From assembly GCA_964608315.1 (NCBI GenBank), contig CAZSNF010000008.1, positions 517 to 64,516 on the forward strand: DNA of 64,000 nucleotides, given 5' to 3'. Within the stretch, counting starts at the first letter, position 1. The number at the start of each line of letters is the position of its first letter. Shown in pieces: positions 35,414 to 44,301 of the stretch. Source of the stretch: an uncultured Rhodothermales bacterium (GTDB lineage Bacteria > Bacteroidota > Rhodothermia > Rhodothermales > VXPQ01). The notes under the pieces were generated by a model that searched no databases, was not told the DNA's origin, and saw nothing but the letters and a program-made list of their open reading frames with translations. The position numbers and the translations under genes were made by a program.

Positions 35414-35625
35414 TTAAGGATACTCTGATTAAATGTGCAAAGTTCAGAGGCTGCGAGAGGCGCTCTGGCGCAGGACAAAACGGGTCTTTGGTGCGCCTTT
35501 GAGCGAAACATCGGGCCCCGAAATATCCCGCCAGCCCATAGCCTGCGCACCCTTATGTATTCGCTCAAAGGCGCACCAAAGACCGCTCCCCCTGAGATTT
35601 GCGGACTTAATCGGAGTGTCCTTAA
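35414..35625 (+). repeat. MITE-like element, copy F (alternative internal module, 25-bp perfect stem)
   Basis: ttaaggatactctgattaaat ... cttaatcggagtgtccttaa. Inner stem ggtctttggtgcgcctttgagcgaa / ttcgctcaaaggcgcaccaaagacc. Contains the feoB stop codon (35622-35624). Confidence 0.85.
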
Positions 35626-38012
35626 TGCAGCCCCAGCATCAGCCCGCCCTGATACACAAGGAGCGAACACAAATATCCAAGCCCGGTCATGTACAGCCAC
35701 ATGACGACCGGCCAGCGCCATGTGTTCGTTTCGCGGCGGGCAATGGCCAGCGTACTCATGCATTGCAGCGCAAACACGAAGAACACCAACAGGCTCACCG
35801 CCACCAGCGGCGTAAAAACGGGACGTCCGTCGGGATACCGGTCCGCCTTGAGTTGATCGCGCAAGACGAGACTGGTCTCGTCGGCATCGCCAACGCTGTA
35901 AAGCGTGGCCAGGGTGCTCACAATCACTTCCCGCGCCGCAAACGCCGCGATAATGCCCGCTGTAATCTTCCAGTCGAAGCCAAGGGGCTGCATGACGGGT
36001 TCGAGCGCGCGCCCGAACCGCCCGATGAAACTGTGGCGAATCCGGTAACTGGCTTCGGCGTCGGCCAGCAACGCCGAATCGGCCTCGTACTCCTGCTCGG
36101 CCCGATGCAACGCTTCAGCAATGGCCACCTGTTCGGGACGCTGCATGCGCAAGGCATCCAGAGCCGGTCCATCCTCGGGATCGGCTGAAAAAAAACGCAT
36201 CGCCTCCGCTACGAGAGGCCGGGCCAGCACAGCAGCAATGTCGGCGCCTTCCTGCGCAGCGACGCGATCATATGCGCCCTGGCGCTGCGTTTCAATGGCC
36301 GTTCGTCGCTCCAGCAAGTCCGGGCCAGGCGGCGTGTCGGGATAACTGGCCAAAAACCAGAGTACGATGCTGAGCGCAAAGATGATCTTCCCGGCGCGAT
36401 ACGCGAACACTTTGGACCGCCCGATCATTCGCCAGAACAAATAGCGCACCTTCGGCCTCCTGTACGGGGGCAATTCCATGGCGAAAAAAGAAGCCGCCCC
36501 CTTGAACACGTATCGTTTCAGAATCCACGCCGCCGCGAACGCCGTCAGGGTCCCGATGAGATACATCGCGAACATCGTCAATCCCTGGTAGCCGAAGACC
36601 CCGAACAGTTTATCCGGCGGAATAAACGCGGCGATGAACAGGGCATACACCGGCAGGCGCGCCGAGCAACTCATCAGCGGAGCCACCATGATCGTGATGA
36701 TCCTGTCACGCTCGTTGTCGAGCGTCCGGGCCGCCATGATGCCGGGAATGGCGCAAGCAAAACTGCTCAAAAGCGGCACCACCGAACCTCCGCTGAGCCC
36801 TGCCCTGCTCATCAGCCGATCCATGATGAATGCGGTGCGAGCCATATAGCCGGTGTCCTCCATCAACCCGATAAAGAAAAACAGCAACAAAATCTGCGGC
36901 AGGAAAATAAGTACGTTGCCTACCCCTGTAATCGCTCCTTCGACCAGCAGGTCCGTCAGAACGCCGGCGGGAAGCGTACTGCGCGCCAGCGTACCGAGGC
37001 CAGCCACGGCGGCCTCGATCAAATCCATAGCTGGAATGGCCCAGGAAAAGACCGCCTGAAAAACAACCGTCAGGACGGCAAGAAAGATCGGAATCCCGAA
37101 AATGCGGTGGGTCAGCACGGCGTCGAATCGGTCCGACCAGGTCCGGCCCGAAGAAACCTTGCGGCGGGACGTCGCCTGCGCGACGATGGGACCGAGCCAG
37201 GCGTAGCGACCCGTCATTTCCGCCTGCAAATACGGGGCCTTGCGCGCCTCCAGCGCCTCCCGGGCCGCCACCGCCGCGGCATGAAACGCCGGGGCCCGCA
37301 TCGCCCAGCGCGCCAGGGCTTGCTCATGGGCAAGGACATGCAATACCTCGCTGAAACGATGCGCCTCCGGCAGATCGGGAGCATCCTCGGCAAGCGCGTC
37401 GCATAACGGCTCCACTTGCGCGGCCACAACGGGCGCCAACGACCAGCGGCGCGCCGGAGCAGGCGAAGGCGCATCGAACATAGCGCGGCGCAAGGCGTCG
37501 AGGCCTTCCTTCCGAATCGCCGCCATCGGCACGACCGGCAGGCCCAGCGCAGCGGCAAGCGCATCCGCATCGATCGCCAGGTCGCTCTCCCGCACCGAAT
37601 CCATCATATTCAGCGCCACAACCACCGGAAGCCCGAGGTCTATCACCTGTGAAACCAGATACAGGTTGCGCTCCAGGTTCGTAGCGTCCACCACGCAAAC
37701 CGTCAGGTCGGGCGGCGCTTCGCCCTTGATGCGCCCGGTGAGCATATCGTAGGCGATCTGCTCGTCCAGCGATCGGGGGTTAAGACTGTAGGTCCCCGGC
37801 AAATCCACGACTTCGACCTGTTCGGCCCCGATAAGCCGCCCGCTCTTGCGTTCGACGGTGACGCCGGGATAATTCGCAACTTTCTGATGGCGCCCCGTCA
37901 GCAGATTGAATACGGTCGTCTTCCCTACGTTGGGATTGCCGATCAGGGCAACCCGACGCAAGGCAGGCGGGGTATTCGTCAACGAGGACCCGGACTCATG
38001 CGCGCTCGACAC
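35622..38012 (-). CDS. feoB: ferrous iron transporter FeoB
   Basis: G-domain GNPNVGKTTVFN, DLPGTYS and NMMD, followed by a polytopic membrane domain. GTG start at 38012 overlaps the feoA stop. Confidence 0.92.
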   Translation of the reverse strand: MSSAHESGSSLTNTPPALRRVALIGNPNVGKTTVFNLLTGRHQKVANYPGVTVERKSGRLIGAEQVEVVDLPGTYSLNPRSLDEQIAYDMLTGRIKGEAPPDLTVCVVDATNLERNLYLVSQVIDLGLPVVVALNMMDSVRESDLAIDADALAAALGLPVVPMAAIRKEGLDALRRAMFDAPSPAPARRWSLAPVVAAQVEPLCDALAEDAPDLPEAHRFSEVLHVLAHEQALARWAMRAPAFHAAAVAAREALEARKAPYLQAEMTGRYAWLGPIVAQATSRRKVSSGRTWSDRFDAVLTHRIFGIPIFLAVLTVVFQAVFSWAIPAMDLIEAAVAGLGTLARSTLPAGVLTDLLVEGAITGVGNVLIFLPQILLLFFFIGLMEDTGYMARTAFIMDRLMSRAGLSGGSVVPLLSSFACAIPGIMAARTLDNERDRIITIMVAPLMSCSARLPVYALFIAAFIPPDKLFGVFGYQGLTMFAMYLIGTLTAFAAAWILKRYVFKGAASFFAMELPPYRRPKVRYLFWRMIGRSKVFAYRAGKIIFALSIVLWFLASYPDTPPGPDLLERRTAIETQRQGAYDRVAAQEGADIAAVLARPLVAEAMRFFSADPEDGPALDALRMQRPEQVAIAEALHRAEQEYEADSALLADAEASYRIRHSFIGRFGRALEPVMQPLGFDWKITAGIIAAFAAREVIVSTLATLYSVGDADETSLVLRDQLKADRYPDGRPVFTPLVAVSLLVFFVFALQCMSTLAIARRETNTWRWPVVMWLYMTGLGYLCSLLVYQGGLMLGLH

Positions 38013-38217
38013 GGATCATCGCGGCTTCGTGCTTGCGAATCGAGAGGTGATATCCGCGCACTTTCAAATCAATGGGGTCGCCCAGAGGAGCATATCGCAC
38101 CACCTCGACGGGCGTACCGGACAACAGGCCCATCTCCAGCAAACGACCGGGCGGAGCAGGGCCTGCAAAGCCGGTAACGATCCCGCACTCGCCGGGTTCG
38201 AGTTCTTTCAGCGTCAT
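37996..38217 (-). CDS. feoA: FeoA-domain protein
   Basis: From ATG 38217: MTLKELEPGECGIVTGF...RLLEMGLLSGTPVEVV...GDPIDLKVRGYHLSIR. ATGA overlap with the upstream FeoA-like gene. Confidence 0.85.
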   Translation of the reverse strand: MTLKELEPGECGIVTGFAGPAPPGRLLEMGLLSGTPVEVVRYAPLGDPIDLKVRGYHLSIRKHEAAMIRVERA

Positions 38218-38441
38218 AACGCGATAGCCGGACTGCCGAAAATGCACATGGCCAGTTCGCGCCGAAGGCCGATGCGACTATCGGAAACGCGAACGATCAG
38301 TTTGTCGGAGTTTTGCAGGATAGCCACCTGCGTACCTTCGCGCAGGCCAAGTTCGCGCATACGCTGCGCCGTGGCCGGTTCAAGGCCCAAAAAGGCCAGC
38401 TTGACGTCAATGCCGTGGCCAAAACTGGTGAGGGGCGCCAT
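38214..38441 (-). CDS. second FeoA-like small protein
   Basis: From ATG 38441: …RMRELGLREGTQVAILQNSDKLIVRVSDSRIGLRRELA. SH3-like FeoA pattern. Confidence 0.65.
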   Translation of the reverse strand: MAPLTSFGHGIDVKLAFLGLEPATAQRMRELGLREGTQVAILQNSDKLIVRVSDSRIGLRRELAMCIFGSPAIAL

Positions 38442-38743
38442 AATTGCCTTTCCGTGAAGATACAGAACCTCTTGAGAACGCCGCCAATTTAGACTTAATA
38501 CAAATAAATAGTGCAACAATTCTTTTTTTCATAAAATTTTCATTATTCATTGTGACAAGCGCCTTCGCCAAACGGGCTCCTGGCCCGGAAAACTCCAGAA
38601 ACAGCAAACGCCGCAAAACCGCCGCGCCAACGCGACTTTAAAAAATAAGGAACAAAAATTGACGGATTAAATTTTTAAGGATACGGAATCAGGGCGCCGC
38701 GCAGGAGCAACGGAGGCCTGGCTGCGAGGAGCGCGCTGGCTGA

Positions 38744-41386
38744 TCAATTCAGGAAATTGTAATTCAGTTTGATCAGAAACGCATTCTCCGGGAAAGCCTT
38801 GAAGGTGTCGCCGAATTGACCGCCTGTCGAGCGGGCGTACGGGGAAGCCGCGTCAGGAGCAAGCGGATTCAGCGTGTCTTCCGCATTCCGCCCATGCGTC
38901 CAGACGACGAACAGTGCAGAGCCGGGGCGGTATTCCCAGCGCAGCACAAGGTTGGAGTGCAAACTGCTGAACGTAAATTCGTCCCGCTTGGGATACGCGT
39001 CGAAATCAAGCAGCGTGTCCCTGTCCCGATGCAGCTGGAAATGGTCGTAGCGGCCCCGCGCAGCGAAAATCTGGCTGTAAAGTTGCACAGATAACCTGGG
39101 CGTCAGGGTAAACGTACCGCGCAGGGTAATGTCCGTCGAGCGCGTATCCCGCGCGCCGAACATGGACACGTAATACTGGTCCGGCGCAGTCGGCTCGACG
39201 CCGGAAAGCAAAGCCTCCAGCGTACCCTTGTCGTCAAACGCCCTGAAGTCCGCCGCGTCCAGATCGTCCGGATGAGCCGCGTCCTCCCCAATGCGCCAGC
39301 CGGACCCGGCGCGCCAAAAGGTTTCGTTTGCGGACCAGGCCAGCACGTCGCGCTCCCATGCGCCCTCTATTTCGCTCGACAGCGACAACCGGTTGCTTAC
39401 ATTCCATTGCCCTTCCAGGCTCAGTTCGGTTTCGCTGCCCCCGTTGCCGTAAAACGTAACGTCTACGCCCGGCCCGATTCGCCAGTCGCGCCGTTCGTCG
39501 GTTTCGACCTGCGCCTGCGCGGTGAAGCTGCCCGGCGGAGACCAGGGCAACTGACCCCGCGTTTCGTACAAATCGTACCCGCCGAACGGATTTTCGGATT
39601 CGAAACCCAATCTAATGGCCTGGAAACCGCGGAAAGTCCAGCGGGACCCGAGGTCGAATCGCTGTCCGAGGTCCAGTCCTTCCCGGTAGGAAAATTCCTG
39701 CACGAAGAAAAGCCGCGCGCCGCCCCGCAAAAAAGGACCAAAAGGTCTTCCGCCTCGCACACTGTACGTTCCCGACGACAGAAACGCAATGAAATTGTTC
39801 TGACGCAGCTGGCCCGTATCGTTCGGGTTAAAGCCATCGCTGAATACGTCCAGCCCGGCGAATCCGTTCAGGGCGCCTTGCCGTTTGCGGAGCCATAGTT
39901 TGCTGGCGAACCCGGTCTCTCCCGCAATATCCGCCTCCACCTCGTTTCTGTTCGCTACTGCAAGAAATCCCTCGACCCCGTATCGGTTCTGAAGAAACCG
40001 CAGGTCCCAATCCATGCCCGCCGTCAGGCTGCGCAAGCGAAGTCCGTCCTCCCCGGCGTCAACCCCCTCGAACAGGGTTGCAATGCCGCCCGCAGACGAC
40101 CAGGACCCGATTTGCTGGGTAACTCGTCCGACGCCATACCCTCGCGAAGGACTGAAATCGGATCCCGTGGCGGCGCCCAACACGCCAAAGGAAAGCCCCG
40201 ATCCGGTGCGCCCGGAAAGCTTCGCGGCGCCGATAATGGGGGCGTCCGCCCCAATGCGGCGCGTGTACAAGAGCCGTCCGGGACCCACGGAAAAATCGTA
40301 GATATTGATGCCCTCTACGAAGAAGGGTCGGCGTTCCTGAAAAAAGGTTTCGAACGCCGTCAGGTTCAACACCGCCGGATCTGCCTCGACCTGGCCGAAA
40401 TCCGGATTGATCGTCCCATCCAGCGTAACGTTCGTGCCAAGACCGATCTTCAGGTCCCCGCCCACATCGAAGGTGCGGCTGCTTGCCCGTTTTCCGGCGA
40501 CTTCCTCTCTTTCGAGGGTGTTCACCCCGGTGACGGTATACGGTATGATTTGCACATTGCGGCGAGGCTTCACATTCCGAATGCCTTCGAGGCGGCCGAA
40601 CTGGGCCACCAGGTTGGTGCGTTGTATGCGAGGCACATGAGGCCACTCCGATTGTTCGCCGAGCCGGGGGATCCTGCGCGTAAAGTGAATGCCCCATGTC
40701 TGCGCGGGCGCTTCCGAAAAACGCAACATGCTGTACGGAATGCGCATCTCCGCGGACCACCCCGCTTGCGTAGCGCGCACGTCCGAATACCATACGGCGT
40801 CCCAGGAAGGATCCATGCCCCGGGGCGCATTGCTGTTGCCTCCGCCTCCGCCGCCTCCCGGCCCGCCGCCTCCGCCCCCGGTAGTCCCGCCCCCCGTCTG
40901 GAGCGCATCGAACTGCACTCCAGCGGCGTTCACGCCAAAGACATAGGCGGTGCGCCGGTCGAAATAAGCATCCACGGCCACCAGAAACCAGTCCGCCCGA
41001 TTGAAATCGTCCCGCCGCCCGAGCGCCTTTTCTATCGCGCCCGGCTCCTCGTCATGGAGCAACGCCCCGACGTAGAGATAATTCGCGCCGTACAAAACGC
41101 GCACTTCCGTTTCCTGGGACGCCGGCGCGCCGTCCACCGGTTCGTATTGCCTGAAACCGGATATCGGCGCCGCCCTCTGCCAAACGGCTTCGTCCAGCAA
41201 CCCGTCGAGCGCAATCTCTTCTTCGACGAACAGGGCCTGCATCACGCCCTCGTTATCCAGCTCTATCGGAGAGGACGGCGCACTCGTCTGGGCCGTGCCC
41301 CGGAGGGCAGGCGGCAGGATGCATACGGCGAACACCGCCGCAACGAATGCCGAAACACGCGGAAAAATCAGTACATCGCGTTGCAT
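38744..41386 (-). CDS. DUF5916/CBM9-like outer-membrane protein (paralog 1)
   Basis: Signal peptide. N-terminal DE.VW..A..ISGF.Q.EP..G.PASQETEVRVLYG...LYVG and AYVFGVNAAGVQFDA. Ends in aromatic-rich beta-strands (…FLIKLNYNFLN). Contains a poly-Gly insertion, GGGTTGGGGGGPGGGGGGGNS. Confidence 0.6.
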   Translation of the reverse strand: MQRDVLIFPRVSAFVAAVFAVCILPPALRGTAQTSAPSSPIELDNEGVMQALFVEEEIALDGLLDEAVWQRAAPISGFRQYEPVDGAPASQETEVRVLYGANYLYVGALLHDEEPGAIEKALGRRDDFNRADWFLVAVDAYFDRRTAYVFGVNAAGVQFDALQTGGGTTGGGGGGPGGGGGGGNSNAPRGMDPSWDAVWYSDVRATQAGWSAEMRIPYSMLRFSEAPAQTWGIHFTRRIPRLGEQSEWPHVPRIQRTNLVAQFGRLEGIRNVKPRRNVQIIPYTVTGVNTLEREEVAGKRASSRTFDVGGDLKIGLGTNVTLDGTINPDFGQVEADPAVLNLTAFETFFQERRPFFVEGINIYDFSVGPGRLLYTRRIGADAPIIGAAKLSGRTGSGLSFGVLGAATGSDFSPSRGYGVGRVTQQIGSWSSAGGIATLFEGVDAGEDGLRLRSLTAGMDWDLRFLQNRYGVEGFLAVANRNEVEADIAGETGFASKLWLRKRQGALNGFAGLDVFSDGFNPNDTGQLRQNNFIAFLSSGTYSVRGGRPFGPFLRGGARLFFVQEFSYREGLDLGQRFDLGSRWTFRGFQAIRLGFESENPFGGYDLYETRGQLPWSPPGSFTAQAQVETDERRDWRIGPGVDVTFYGNGGSETELSLEGQWNVSNRLSLSSEIEGAWERDVLAWSANETFWRAGSGWRIGEDAAHPDDLDAADFRAFDDKGTLEALLSGVEPTAPDQYYVSMFGARDTRSTDITLRGTFTLTPRLSVQLYSQIFAARGRYDHFQLHRDRDTLLDFDAYPKRDEFTFSSLHSNLVLRWEYRPGSALFVVWTHGRNAEDTLNPLAPDAASPYARSTGGQFGDTFKAFPENAFLIKLNYNFLN

Positions 41387-41554
41387 GGAGACCACAGTTT
41401 GAACGAAAAATTATCTGAATATACCCGTTCGATGCGCAACCTCCCTGGAAAAATCTAAGGCAAACGCAAAATACGCAAGAGTTAGACCCGGAACACCTGT
41501 TCCGCATTCCATGAGTGACATAAGATACATATCCAGCTGCGTTTACGTTATATC

Positions 41555-41813
41555 TTACAGGAACCTCTGATTAATTCTGCAAAGTTCAGAGGCTGCGAGG
41601 GACGCGCTGGCAAGGAATGACGAAGCAATGCGGCAGGCCCCGCATAATGAGGAATGACGCGGCCAGCGCGTTCCTCTCGGTCTCCCGAAGGGCGCTTCGC
41701 GTCCGCCACGCCCGAATCCGTAGCGTTTACCGCTGATTGCAACGACATCATCACAATGTCCTGTACGCACGAACGCGAAGCGCTGATCGAAGTAGAATTA
41801 ATCAGAGGTTCCT
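41555..41813 (+). repeat. MITE-like element, copy I (full length, 259 bp)
   Basis: ttacaggaacctctgattaattctgcaaagttcagagg ... gatcgaagtagaattaatcagaggttcct. Lies in the divergent intergenic region between the two DUF5916 paralogs. Confidence 0.9.
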
Positions 41814-41874
41814 ATATTGTATTTTTCTGGTTTGCATCTGAATCTCCCTGTCTCTCCGATCCTTTCCGGCTACC

Positions 41875-44211
41875 ATGCACTTCAGGATGCGCTATGCAAG
41901 CCGTGCAGCGCTTGCGCCCCTCTTCTTTTTTCTGGCCTTGTCCCTTGCGCCTCCCGCCGCGGCGCAGCAAACGGGACAGGCCAGGCAACCCGGCGCCTAC
42001 GTCGCCGACGCCGCCGGGCCGGTTGCGACTTCCGCCCTGCGCGCGGTGAAAAGCGACAGCGACGCCCTGCCCGCCCTCGACGGCGACATACTGGGCGACC
42101 CCGCCTGGACGGCCATCGATCCGGCGACCGGATTCGTCCAGGTCACCCCGAACGAGGGCGAACCTGCTTCCGAAAAAACCGAGGTCCGCATCCAGTACAC
42201 CGCGCAAACCCTGTACGTAGGGGTCGTATGCCACGACAGCGAACCGGCGCAAATCATCGTATCGGACAGCCGCCGGGATGCGGACCCCCGGGAGGCCGAC
42301 AGTTTCAGTCTGATTCTGGACACGTACCGGGACCGGCAAAACGGATTCATTTTCGGGACGAACGCCGCTGGCGTGGAATACGATGCGCAGGTAACGAACG
42401 AGGGCCAGAACAGCGGCCGGTTCTCGCAGGGACCGCGCAACCAGAGCGGCTCGGGCGGCGGACTGAACGTCAACTGGGACGGCGCCTGGACCGTCCACAC
42501 GGAAACGGGCGCGTACGGATGGAGCGCCGAGTTCGCCATTCCCTTGCGCACATTGCGTTTCGCAACGGGCGAAAACCAGTCGTGGGGCGTCAACTTCGAG
42601 CGGCGCATCCGGCGGCGGAACGAAACCGCCTACTGGGCTCCCCTTCCCCGGCAATACACCCTCACGCGGGTTTCGCTGGCCGGAACGCTGGAGGGACTGG
42701 ATATCCAGGCGCCGCGCAACCTGCAAGTCATGCCGTACGCACTGGGGCAGGGCGCGCGCACAACCATGTCCACGCCAGTGCAAACCACCTCGAAAGCCAC
42801 AAGCCCCGAAGGGGATTTGGGCGTTGACCTGAAGTACAGTTTGACCCCCAGCATGACGCTCGACGTAACGTACAACACCGATTTCGCGCAAGTCGAGGTA
42901 GACGAACAGCAAATCAATCTGGACCGCTTCAATCTCTTCTTTCCCGAAAAACGTCCCTTCTTCCTTGAAAACGCCGGGGTGTTTTCGGTGGGCGCGCCAG
43001 GGCAGGTCGATCTGTTCTTCAGCCGGCGCATCGGGATTGGCGCAAACGGCGTGGCTGTGCCTATTCTCGGAGGCGCGCGCGTTTCGGGTTCGGCGGGCGA
43101 TTACCGGATCGGGGCGCTCAACATGCAAACCCGGCAACTGGGCGGAGAGGATATTCCCGGCAATAATTTCAGCGTGGCGCGGGTCAAACGCGAGTTCCCG
43201 AACCGCACCTTTGCGGGCGTACTGTTCACGAACCGGCAGGGTGTCGGCGATCTCGCGGAAGCAGACCGTTACAACCGCGTATTCGCCCTGGACGGCCAGC
43301 TGGGCGTCGGACAGTACGGCTTTATATCGGGCTTCGGGGCGTTGTCGGCGACGCCGGGCATGTCGGGAAATAATTATGCGTACCAGGCGACCGCCAACTA
43401 CAATTCCGAGGCCTGGCTGCTGAACGCAGGGTATGCCGAGGTAGCCGACAACTTCAATCCGGAACTCGGTTTTATGCAGCGGACGTCCGCCTACCGGTAT
43501 TTCAACGGTCTTGTTTTTTACCGCTACCGCCCCGATTTCCTCCGGTTTCACGAACTGCGTCCCCATGTCAGCTACTACGGGTACCGGGGGCTGGACGGAT
43601 TGTACGAAACAGGCTTTCTCCACATCGACAACCATTGGGAATGGGAAAACGGCTGGGAAATTCACACAGGCATAAACTTCACCACTGAAGGCGTCCGGAA
43701 CGCTTTTGAAATCAGCAAGGGCGTACGGGTGCCCGAAGGGTCGTACCATCACCGGGAAGCCATGATCGTCGGCATTACGGACGAGAGCCTGCCGCTCAGT
43801 CTGAGCACCCGGGTTATTGCAGGCGGATTTTTCGGGGGAGATCGGGTTACGATCCTGTCCACCATCCGGGGGCGGGTCGGCGAGGCGTTCAACACAGAAA
43901 TCGGCCTGACGCAAAACTGGGTAAACCTGCCCGGCGGCGATTTTACGGCGAATCTGGTGCGGACACGACTCTCCTATTCCTTCACGCCGAGAATGTACCT
44001 GCAAACGTTGCTTCAGTACAACAGTTCAGCTGAACTCTGGTCGATGAACCTGCGCTTCGGATGGCTGCAATCGGCGGGCACGGGGCTGTTCATTGTCTTC
44101 AACCATACGTCCGACTATGACCTGGACCGGGGATTCGGCGCCTTCGAACCAGAGTTCACAGACCAGGTATTCATTATCAAGTACTCGCGGCTCCTGAACG
44201 TGCTGCGGTAG
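41875..44211 (+). CDS. DUF5916/CBM9-like outer-membrane protein (paralog 2)
   Basis: Signal peptide ending AAAQQ. GDPAW..I.PATGFVQ..P.EGEPASEKTEVRIQYT...LYVG and GFIFGTNAAGVEYDAQ are collinear with paralog 1. Confidence 0.6.
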   Translation: MHFRMRYASRAALAPLFFFLALSLAPPAAAQQTGQARQPGAYVADAAGPVATSALRAVKSDSDALPALDGDILGDPAWTAIDPATGFVQVTPNEGEPASEKTEVRIQYTAQTLYVGVVCHDSEPAQIIVSDSRRDADPREADSFSLILDTYRDRQNGFIFGTNAAGVEYDAQVTNEGQNSGRFSQGPRNQSGSGGGLNVNWDGAWTVHTETGAYGWSAEFAIPLRTLRFATGENQSWGVNFERRIRRRNETAYWAPLPRQYTLTRVSLAGTLEGLDIQAPRNLQVMPYALGQGARTTMSTPVQTTSKATSPEGDLGVDLKYSLTPSMTLDVTYNTDFAQVEVDEQQINLDRFNLFFPEKRPFFLENAGVFSVGAPGQVDLFFSRRIGIGANGVAVPILGGARVSGSAGDYRIGALNMQTRQLGGEDIPGNNFSVARVKREFPNRTFAGVLFTNRQGVGDLAEADRYNRVFALDGQLGVGQYGFISGFGALSATPGMSGNNYAYQATANYNSEAWLLNAGYAEVADNFNPELGFMQRTSAYRYFNGLVFYRYRPDFLRFHELRPHVSYYGYRGLDGLYETGFLHIDNHWEWENGWEIHTGINFTTEGVRNAFEISKGVRVPEGSYHHREAMIVGITDESLPLSLSTRVIAGGFFGGDRVTILSTIRGRVGEAFNTEIGLTQNWVNLPGGDFTANLVRTRLSYSFTPRMYLQTLLQYNSSAELWSMNLRFGWLQSAGTGLFIVFNHTSDYDLDRGFGAFEPEFTDQVFIIKYSRLLNVLR

Positions 44212-44243
44212 GTAAATCCACGCAAATCCGGGCAACAAAAAAA

Positions 44244-44280
44244 GCCGGGGGCTTTCCCCTGGAACGCCCCCGGCCTGTTT
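44244..44280. terminator. intrinsic terminator-like hairpin between convergent genes
   Basis: gccgggggc tttcccctggaac gcccccggc, flanked by an A-run (5') and ctgttt (3'). Confidence 0.6.
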
Positions 44281-44301
44281 AACGGTGGAACTAACGAAAC
44301 G

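Noticed and set aside
38442-38600. Fur box upstream of the feoA-feoA-feoB operon
   Set aside because: The AT-rich segment aaaattttcattattcattgtgac (about 38527-38550) has only partial resemblance to GATAATGATAATCATTATC. That is too weak to call by eye.
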